The position numbers and the translations under genes were made by a program. The notes beneath the pieces are model-generated. The model searched no databases. It was not told the DNA's origin and saw nothing but the letters and a program-made list of their open reading frames with translations. A DNA stretch of 32,000 nucleotides from Pseudomonadota bacterium (GTDB lineage: Bacteria > Pseudomonadota > Gammaproteobacteria > Pseudomonadales > Oceanobacteraceae), in contig JAIXHJ010000003.1 of NCBI GenBank assembly GCA_030145845.1, positions 92,426 through 124,425 of the forward strand, in the 5' to 3' direction. Of this stretch, positions 25,180-32,000 are shown one piece after another. Within the stretch, counting starts at the first letter, position 1. Each line of letters starts with the position of its first letter.

Positions 25180-28100
25180 ATGGTGAAGAAGACCCTTCTC
25201 AGTCTGGCCATCGCAGCCACCGCAGCGGGCCTTGCCGGCTGTAATATCAGTAGCGTTGAAAAGTACAACGACGATGTCGATCAGACAGCTGTCAACTCCG
25301 GCTTGCCTGGCGCGACCCCTGGCCGGGTTGCACCGGTATTTTCTGCGGGTAATAAAGACCTGCCACTGATTACCGACTTTATCTTCAGCGAGGCGGCGGC
25401 GACGGATGGAACTGCAAGTGTTGATGACACAACACCTCCGGTCACGACCGCGATGAATTCCATTGAAGGTGCATCCGTTGTTGCACCTATTGATATTGAA
25501 TTCAATGCTCCGCTGGACGCTGAATCACTGAACCAGCCTCTGGCGGTAAACCTGATTAAGTTGCGTAATTATCAGGATGACCCTGATATCGACGCGCTTG
25601 ATATTGACACTATTGTTGCTAACTCTGATGTTGAAAATGGTATCCCGCAGGTCGTTGCGGATGACCAGCCTGTAGCTGGTGTAGATTACACGGTTTCTTT
25701 CCTGAACCTTGATAGTGGTGACACACCAACATTACGTATCAATCTTATCAACCCATTGGATGCACGTTCCAAATACATCGTTGCCCTGACGTCTAATCTG
25801 AAAGCTGAAAATGGGGAGAATGCAGGTCCATCGGCAGAATATGAGCTTCTTTCCGGCAGCCTTGAACTTCCATCTGATGCGCTGGAACCTGTGCGTACAG
25901 CGATTCAGGGATGGGAGCAGATTGCTGAGGGATATCTGACTCAGGTTGCTGCGCTGTACAGCATTGCTAAACCGGATGTCATTCTGAGTTATGCCTTTAC
26001 GACCGGTGGTACCAATGAAGTCCTCAAAAGTATCGCGGCACCGAAACTGTATGTGATGGCCCTGGCTTCCCGGCCTGATACGGCGAAATCATTGTATCTG
26101 GCAGTGCTGAGCTCTTTAAATGGTGGAGATCTGACTGCTGTTCAGACTGCCTATATCACGAATATTATTGTGCCGGCAGCTACCGCTGAAAGTATTACTC
26201 TGAGCGGGACTCCGACAGCAGAAGAAATTGCTGCTGTTGAAGTGACTGATACCTATAAAACGATGATTGTCACTGCAGCCAGCAGCTCTGCGGTTATTGA
26301 TGCTGTTGCTGCGACTTTGTATACACCTTCCAGTCAGACTTATAAGCCTATTATGAAACCTGCCAGTCTTGGCGGTGACGTCGTGGCGCTTTCTCCCAGC
26401 AATATCCCGGCGTTTACCGGAACCGCTTTTTCTGCCGATACCCTGACTCACTATGTTCAGGGGCAGCTTCAGCTTCCTGTGGGGCTGACCTCTCCGGCTT
26501 TAACAAATACTCAGGCTCTTGCTTCCGGTGATCCGGCGACTATCGCCGGAGCTGTTAAGCTAAGCATGGCTTCTGATAGCGTCTGGAGCGCGTACTCTGT
26601 TAATGGTGGGTTGACACCTCCATCAGATAATAAAATTTTTGATCCTGCGACGGGTACCCTGACCAGTGAAGGCGTGACTGTTGTGTCAACCGATGAGGAT
26701 GGTAGTCCGGAAGAATACAGTGGTGGCATGACCAATGTAACCTATCGTTATCCGCTGGCGGACTTAAGTGAAACAGAATATGCGCCGGTGATGGTGACTC
26801 TTCCTGGCGGTGATTATACATTCGGTGGAGCAAACCCGGATACGACCGCTCAGGATTGTTCAGCTTATTCAAAATATCCGGTTCTGTTGTACGTTCATGG
26901 CATCACATCAGACCGTACATCCAGTCTTGCAATAGGTGCGGCAGCTGCATCCAAAGGGTGTTTTGCAACTGTTGCTCTGGATCTCCCTCTTCATGGTGTG
27001 GCTCCTCTGGTCTCCGATCGTGATGGGACTTCCGAGCTGAATGGCGCCATGGCGTTCAATGTTGAGCAGGCAACAGATCTGTCGTCTTTAACTGTCGGTA
27101 GCGCCGAGTACATCACAGCTTTTTCTGAGGCCCCTTATGCCAATGCGGCCGCTATTGATGGCTCGTTTGACCTGCAGGAGCGTCACTTCAATATCGGAGC
27201 CGAACCGGCCAGCAGTGCCCGGGTAAGTATGGTATATGGTGATTCAGCGGCGACTTCACTTGGTAAGTCCGGCGATCTGTTTATCAACTTAGCCAATATG
27301 GGGCGGCTGCGGGACAACATGCGTGAAGCAGTTGTTGATCAGATGCACTTACTGGCTTCCCTGGCAGATATGGATGTTGATGGCGACGGCGTTGCTGATC
27401 TCGATGCTGATAATGTCTATGTCGCCGGTATTTCTCTGGGGGCTATTGTCGCTTCGTCTTTGGTTGCAACCGTTAATGATCCTCAGGTTCAGGCGGTCAA
27501 TGGTCTGGATAATGGTGGTACGCTTCCATTGATTAAAGGCGTTGTGTTGTCCAGTCCTGGTGGTTCTCTGCCGAAAATGCTGGAAAACTCTCCTGCTTTC
27601 TCCACTAAGGTTCTGGCAGGTCTGAATCTGGCTCAGGACAGTTCAGCACTGCAGAAGTATGAAGCAATGTTGCAGACTGCGCTGAACAGTGTTGATCCGA
27701 TTAATTTCGCGTCTGCCATGAGTCAGCAGAATACGCCGGTGCTGATGTTCAGTATGGTTGGTGGCGGTGATTGCCCTGCTTTTGACATTGCTACTGCCGC
27801 CTGTTCGGACGGTTCTCAACGCTTACCATCGGATCTTACTCTGGCCTTCCAGGGGAAATATCCGGCAGATCATGTGGTTCCTAATTACGACTACTTCAAA
27901 GCTGCTGACAGTAATCCGTTTACAAATGTTATGCCTGGCCTGACTTATGAGTTAGGTGATCTGGGGGCAAAAACTGAAATTGCTTTGACGGAAATGACTT
28001 CTTCTGCGATGCCTCTGGCTGGTACCGCCCCTCTGGCAGAACAAATGGGTCTGAAACCAGTTGTCGGGGATAATATCGCTAGTGTATCCGGTAATAAATA

Positions 28101-28263
28101 TGTGCTGCAGTTTGATAAAGGTACACATTCGACCTTTGCAGCTGCTGATGACACTGCTGTGTTTACTACCATGATGGCCCAGATGCTGACATTCTTCTCT
28201 GGAGGTACTGCTAATGGTCTTAACCCATTAACAACCGATGGCATTAAACCTGCTGCAGAATAA
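25180..28263 (+). CDS. VolA/Pla-1-family extracellular lipase/(lyso)phospholipase, predicted lipoprotein, 1027 aa
   Basis: Start at ATG 25180. Lipobox GLAGC|NIS. The N-terminal region (..APVFSAGNKDLPLITDFIF....DGT......PVTTAMNSIEGASVVAPIDIEF..PLD..SL) resembles the bacterial virulence-factor lipase N-terminal domain. An alpha/beta-hydrolase part follows (YPVLLYVHGITSDR....ALDLPLHG) with the nucleophile elbow G-I-S-L-G at nt 27427-27441. Confidence 0.65.
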   Translation: MVKKTLLSLAIAATAAGLAGCNISSVEKYNDDVDQTAVNSGLPGATPGRVAPVFSAGNKDLPLITDFIFSEAAATDGTASVDDTTPPVTTAMNSIEGASVVAPIDIEFNAPLDAESLNQPLAVNLIKLRNYQDDPDIDALDIDTIVANSDVENGIPQVVADDQPVAGVDYTVSFLNLDSGDTPTLRINLINPLDARSKYIVALTSNLKAENGENAGPSAEYELLSGSLELPSDALEPVRTAIQGWEQIAEGYLTQVAALYSIAKPDVILSYAFTTGGTNEVLKSIAAPKLYVMALASRPDTAKSLYLAVLSSLNGGDLTAVQTAYITNIIVPAATAESITLSGTPTAEEIAAVEVTDTYKTMIVTAASSSAVIDAVAATLYTPSSQTYKPIMKPASLGGDVVALSPSNIPAFTGTAFSADTLTHYVQGQLQLPVGLTSPALTNTQALASGDPATIAGAVKLSMASDSVWSAYSVNGGLTPPSDNKIFDPATGTLTSEGVTVVSTDEDGSPEEYSGGMTNVTYRYPLADLSETEYAPVMVTLPGGDYTFGGANPDTTAQDCSAYSKYPVLLYVHGITSDRTSSLAIGAAAASKGCFATVALDLPLHGVAPLVSDRDGTSELNGAMAFNVEQATDLSSLTVGSAEYITAFSEAPYANAAAIDGSFDLQERHFNIGAEPASSARVSMVYGDSAATSLGKSGDLFINLANMGRLRDNMREAVVDQMHLLASLADMDVDGDGVADLDADNVYVAGISLGAIVASSLVATVNDPQVQAVNGLDNGGTLPLIKGVVLSSPGGSLPKMLENSPAFSTKVLAGLNLAQDSSALQKYEAMLQTALNSVDPINFASAMSQQNTPVLMFSMVGGGDCPAFDIATAACSDGSQRLPSDLTLAFQGKYPADHVVPNYDYFKAADSNPFTNVMPGLTYELGDLGAKTEIALTEMTSSAMPLAGTAPLAEQMGLKPVVGDNIASVSGNKYVLQFDKGTHSTFAAADDTAVFTTMMAQMLTFFSGGTANGLNPLTTDGIKPAAE

Positions 28264-28283
28264 GATTGGGGCGGAGAATAAAT

Positions 28284-30179
28284 ATGAAAATAACAAATAT
28301 GGGTTTGCGCTCAATGAAAAAATTACCTTTATCTCTGGCTGTATCTGCTCTGGCTGCGTCTTCAGTGCAGGCCGTCGAGTTTAATTTCGGAGACCTCAGT
28401 GCCCAGTTCGATAATACCGTCAGTTATGGTGTCGCATGGCGTACCTCTGACCGTGATAAAGGCCAGATCATGCCGGGTAATGGGGCGGCCATTGGCGAAA
28501 CAACTTATGGCTCTTCTTACAACTATGACGACGGTACTCTGAACTACAGCAAAGGTGATATTTACACCAATGTTGTTAAATGGAGTGGGGATCTGGAGCT
28601 GAATTATCAGAATTATGGCGGTTTCTTCCGTGCCCGCGCTTACTATGATACGGCAATTATGGATGAAGATACTGACTTCAAACCACTGAGTGACGGTACC
28701 AAAGATGCTGCTGGCAAAGGTGCTGAACTGCTGGATGCTTATGTCTGGGCTGACTATGAAATTGGCTATACGCCAATCAACGTCCGTGTTGGTCGCCAGG
28801 TGGTAAGCTGGGGCGAAAGTACCTTTATTCAGGGTGGCATTAACAGCATTAACCCGGTGGATGCTTCTGCATTCCGTAAACCCGGAGCTGAAGTTAAGGA
28901 AGGTCTGCTGCCGGTTAATATGGTGTATACCTCAATCGGTCTGTCCACGGATTTAACACTGGAAGCTTTTTATCAGCTGCAATGGGAAAAAACCCGTACT
29001 GATCCATGTGGTACATTCTTTTCCACCGTTGATTTTGTCGCGGATGACTGTAGCCCGGTAATCCTGGGTGGAACGGCAGATGAGCGCGATATGCTTGCTT
29101 TCCGTGATGCGGAAATTGAAGCGGGCGTTCCGTTGTCTGATCGTGTTTCTCCGGTGACCGAACGTCTGCCGGATGATCAGCCGAAAGATTCCGGTCAGTA
29201 TGGTCTGGCTTTGCGCTGGTATTCAGAAGCACTGGGGGATACAGAATTCGGTCTGTACTACATGAATATCCACAGTCGTCTGCCATATATTAATGGTGCG
29301 GTGACCAATTACGATACGCTGGGTACTATCACCGGTACCGTCGGTGATCAGGTTAATGCCGATGCAACATACGATACTTACCGCCCTCTGTATCAGATTG
29401 CTTATCCTGAAGACATTCAGATCATGGGTATCAGTTTTGCGACCAGTACCGAAGATGGTGCATCCATTTCCGGTGAAATCAGTTACCGCCCGGATATGCC
29501 GGTGCAGTGGAACGCTTTTGAGCTGATTCTGGCCGGAACCGGTACGCCGTGGAGCCGTCTGTATCAGGCGCGTGCTGCTGAAGCCGATGATATTACCGAT
29601 CTTTATGGTGAGCTCACTAAAGGTTATGACGAACTTGATATCTGGCAGGCGCAGATGACGTATATCAAATTCTTTGACCGGGTCCTGGGGGCCGACCGCC
29701 TGGCTGTGGTGGGTGAAATCGGTATGACTTACGTAAACGACCTGCCGAGTACGGATGAAGCACGTTATGGCCGTTCCGGTGCTTATGGTATCGGTAATAA
29801 TGGTGGCGTATATGATTCCGTGAACCACTGTGCGGCCAGCGGTGATGCAACGGCAAACGTAAATACCGACTACTGTACCAATGACGGTTATACCACTGAG
29901 CTTTCCGGCGGTATCCGTGTGCGCAGTATTCTGGATTTCAATAACGCCTTTGCCGGTATTAACGTCAGCCCGATGCTGTCTGTTGCCTATGATAAAGGGA
30001 ATGGTCCGGAGCCGGGTGCGCAGTTTATTGATGATCGTCTGACCGTGGGTCTGGGGGTAACCTTTGTTTATCTGAACAAGACATCGGTGGATGTGACTTA
30101 CACCAACTTCTCCGGTGGCGACTACAATCAGATGGTTGACCGCGACAACATCGCCTTGTCTGCGAAATATTCGTTCTGA
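28284..30179 (+). CDS. DUF1302 family protein (predicted outer-membrane beta-barrel), 631 aa
   Basis: ATG 28284 with GGAG 7 nt upstream. Signal peptide ..LAVSALAASSVQA|VEF. The N-terminus VEFNFGDLSAQFDNTVSYGVAWRTSDRD is typical of DUF1302. The C-terminus ..IALSAKYSF has a terminal aromatic beta-signal. Confidence 0.85.
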   Translation: MKITNMGLRSMKKLPLSLAVSALAASSVQAVEFNFGDLSAQFDNTVSYGVAWRTSDRDKGQIMPGNGAAIGETTYGSSYNYDDGTLNYSKGDIYTNVVKWSGDLELNYQNYGGFFRARAYYDTAIMDEDTDFKPLSDGTKDAAGKGAELLDAYVWADYEIGYTPINVRVGRQVVSWGESTFIQGGINSINPVDASAFRKPGAEVKEGLLPVNMVYTSIGLSTDLTLEAFYQLQWEKTRTDPCGTFFSTVDFVADDCSPVILGGTADERDMLAFRDAEIEAGVPLSDRVSPVTERLPDDQPKDSGQYGLALRWYSEALGDTEFGLYYMNIHSRLPYINGAVTNYDTLGTITGTVGDQVNADATYDTYRPLYQIAYPEDIQIMGISFATSTEDGASISGEISYRPDMPVQWNAFELILAGTGTPWSRLYQARAAEADDITDLYGELTKGYDELDIWQAQMTYIKFFDRVLGADRLAVVGEIGMTYVNDLPSTDEARYGRSGAYGIGNNGGVYDSVNHCAASGDATANVNTDYCTNDGYTTELSGGIRVRSILDFNNAFAGINVSPMLSVAYDKGNGPEPGAQFIDDRLTVGLGVTFVYLNKTSVDVTYTNFSGGDYNQMVDRDNIALSAKYSF

Positions 30180-30218
30180 GTTATTGGCTGATATAAGAAT
30201 TACAGAGGTCTATGAAGC

Positions 30219-31580
30219 ATGTTGAATAAACACAGTAAATTCTGGGGCAGCGCGCTGGCGCTGTCCCTGATGATCGGTACAGCAGATGCTGCTGTGTCTG
30301 AGGCAGAAGCTGCAAAACTTGGCAAAGAACTGACCCCGGTTGGTGCTGAAATGGCAGGCAGTGGAGCTATCCCTGCCTGGACCGGCGGTCTGACCAAACC
30401 ACCGGCAGGCTATGTCGCGGGTGGTAAACCGGTTGACCCGTTTCCGGATGACAAAGTTAAGTTTGAGATTACGGCCAGGAATTATAAGCAGTATGCGGCA
30501 AATCTGACGGATGGTCAGAAAGCGATGTTTGAGAAATATCCGGACACCTACAAGATGCCGGTATATGAAACACGCCGTACCGCTGCCTATCCGCAGTTTA
30601 TTTATGATGAAACCAAAAAGAATGCGACCACAACCAAACTGCTTGAGGGCGGTAATGGCCTGACTAACTATTCAGAAGGCACGCCGTTCCCTATTCCGCA
30701 GAGTGGTGTTGAGGCCATCTGGAATCACATTGTGCGTTACCGTGGTGGCAGTGTCCGCCGTATTGTTGGTCAGGTGACACCACAGGTTAACGGTGATTTT
30801 ACTCTGGTCCGTTTCCAGGATGAGTTCACCTTCCGGAATAAACTGAAGGATTATAACCCTGAGCAGGATCAGAACGTGCTGTTCTACTTTAAGCAGGATG
30901 TTCTGTCTCCGGCGCGTCTGGCCGGTAACGTACTGCTGGTACATGAAACACTGGATCAGGTAAAAGAGCCGCGCAAAGCATGGGTATATAATGCCGGTCA
31001 GCGCCGTGTCCGCCGTGCGCCTCAGGTTTCTTATGATGGTCCGGGAACCGCGTCAGATGGTCTGCGTACCTCGGATAACCTGGATATGTATAACGGTGCC
31101 CCGGATCGCTATGACTGGAAACTGCTCGGTAAACAGGAAATTTATATCCCCTATAATTCCTATAAACTGAAAGATCCGAAGCTGAAGTACACTGACATCA
31201 TCAAGCCGGGACATATCAACCAGGATCTGGCCCGCTATGAACTGCACCGTGTATGGAAAGTCGAGGCAACCCTGAAAGAAGGTAAGCGTCACATCTATGC
31301 CAAGCGGGTATTCTATATTGATGAAGATACCTGGCAGGCAGCTGAGATTGATCATTACGATGGCCGTGGTGAACTGTGGCGTGTGGCTGAAGCCTACAGC
31401 CTGATGTACTACGAGCAGCTGGTTCCGTGGTACGCCCTCGAAACCCTGTACGATCTGAACTCCGGACGTTATCTGGCTCTGGGTCTGGATAATGAAGAAG
31501 AAGGTTCTTACGTGTTTGGCTTTGAACGTACTTCTGCGGATTACACACCGGCCGCTCTGCGCCGCAGTGGTGTCCGTTAA
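30219..31580 (+). CDS. DUF1329 family protein (periplasmic, outer-membrane lipoprotein-sorting-like fold), 453 aa
   Basis: Signal peptide ..LSLMIGTADA|AVS. AVSEAEAAKLGKELTPVGAEMAGSGAIPAWTGGL is the characteristic DUF1329 N-terminus. AGAGG RBS. Confidence 0.85.
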   Translation: MLNKHSKFWGSALALSLMIGTADAAVSEAEAAKLGKELTPVGAEMAGSGAIPAWTGGLTKPPAGYVAGGKPVDPFPDDKVKFEITARNYKQYAANLTDGQKAMFEKYPDTYKMPVYETRRTAAYPQFIYDETKKNATTTKLLEGGNGLTNYSEGTPFPIPQSGVEAIWNHIVRYRGGSVRRIVGQVTPQVNGDFTLVRFQDEFTFRNKLKDYNPEQDQNVLFYFKQDVLSPARLAGNVLLVHETLDQVKEPRKAWVYNAGQRRVRRAPQVSYDGPGTASDGLRTSDNLDMYNGAPDRYDWKLLGKQEIYIPYNSYKLKDPKLKYTDIIKPGHINQDLARYELHRVWKVEATLKEGKRHIYAKRVFYIDEDTWQAAEIDHYDGRGELWRVAEAYSLMYYEQLVPWYALETLYDLNSGRYLALGLDNEEEGSYVFGFERTSADYTPAALRRSGVR

Positions 31581-31600
31581 TATTCATACGGATACAGAAT

Positions 31601-31629
31601 AAAAAAAGGGGCCATCAGGCCCCTTTTTT
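31601..31629. terminator. Bidirectional intrinsic terminator after the DUF1329 gene, convergent with the OMP gene
   Basis: A7, then ggggcc-atca-ggcccc hairpin (31608-31623), then T6. Confidence 0.85.
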
Positions 31630-31644
31630 ATGTCATTCTGCTGA

Positions 31645-32000
31645 TCAGAAATTAAACACCAGACTGGCCTGATACACGGATGATGCGTCTTTGTTAATAA
31701 ACTCTGCGCGGACGTCCACTTCTTTGCTCAGATGAAAACCACCACCGGCACCGAGCAGGATGCCATCATCATCGCCGAAGTCGAGGCCGATACGGGCAAG
31801 GGCGAACAGATTAGGGTTGATTTCCGGCAGGTTTTTTTCCACGACGCCGGCGACCCACAGGCCGTTAATATCATTGTCGCCACCACGGTAAAAATCATCC
31901 GTATCTGAATAGCCGAGTTCGGCAGTGGTTTTTACGCCACGCATATCGTTAGCAAATTCATAACCGGCAAAAACGGAAAAGCCGAGTGCATCTTCACTGC
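31645..32000 (-). CDS. Outer-membrane beta-barrel (porin/OmpA-barrel-like) protein, C-terminal part; gene runs off the right edge
   Basis: The reading frame stays open to nt 32000 (..SEDALGFSVFAGYEFANDMRGVKTTAELGYS...). It has an alternating-hydrophobic beta-strand pattern and ends ..YQASLVFNF with a terminal Phe beta-signal. Confidence 0.6.
   Translation of the reverse strand, partial: SEDALGFSVFAGYEFANDMRGVKTTAELGYSDTDDFYRGGDNDINGLWVAGVVEKNLPEINPNLFALARIGLDFGDDDGILLGAGGGFHLSKEVDVRAEFINKDASSVYQASLVFNF

Noticed and set aside
1-32000. Search for mobile elements, CRISPR arrays, tRNA/rRNA genes, defence systems and prophage remnants
   Set aside because: I saw no spaced direct-repeat arrays, no transposase, integrase or recombinase-like translations in any long ORF, and no intergenic region with tRNA-like length and structure. 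The only nuclease-family protein is the ubiquitous YhbQ-type GIY-YIG protein. The window looks like core chromosome rather than an island.

Overview
The window reads as core chromosome of a Gammaproteobacterium. Several proteins are close to E. coli SodB, YceF, YhbQ, ArfB and PpnN. The lipase, DUF1302 and DUF1329 content suggests a Pseudomonas-like or marine lipid/oil-degrading lineage, but I cannot assign a genus. I support about 27 CDS, two of them truncated at the window edges. I saw no rRNA, tRNA, CRISPR array, IS element, integrase or phage gene. Housekeeping genes: arfB', trhA, yhbQ, yceF/maf, sodB, class I fumarate hydratase, pterin-4a-carbinolamine dehydratase, ppnN, amt, purU and a thiolase. 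Envelope and secretion genes: an isolated gspN-gspC-gspD sub-cluster and five predicted lipoproteins (ceramidase-like, DUF2846-like, PhoX-like, a two-CXXCH protein, and a VolA/Pla-1-like lipase). Most interesting loci: (1) An apparent three-gene operon of a VolA-like lipase lipoprotein, DUF1302 and DUF1329, which I read as a candidate outer-membrane lipid capture and uptake module. (2) Six Pho-box-like half-sites in 11-bp phase upstream of a non-Tat, lipoprotein-type PhoX/DUF839 protein, which is followed by an unrecognised 552-aa lipoprotein with two CXXCH motifs. (3) A tightly coupled tandem pair of paralogous small secreted proteins sharing a YNRSTS..S...PR.LN.EM core. (4) An NtrC/sigma-54-type promoter driving amt plus an unknown 221-aa protein, with no glnK. 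All calls come from reading the translations and the DNA by eye. No database search, HMM or folding calculation was run.
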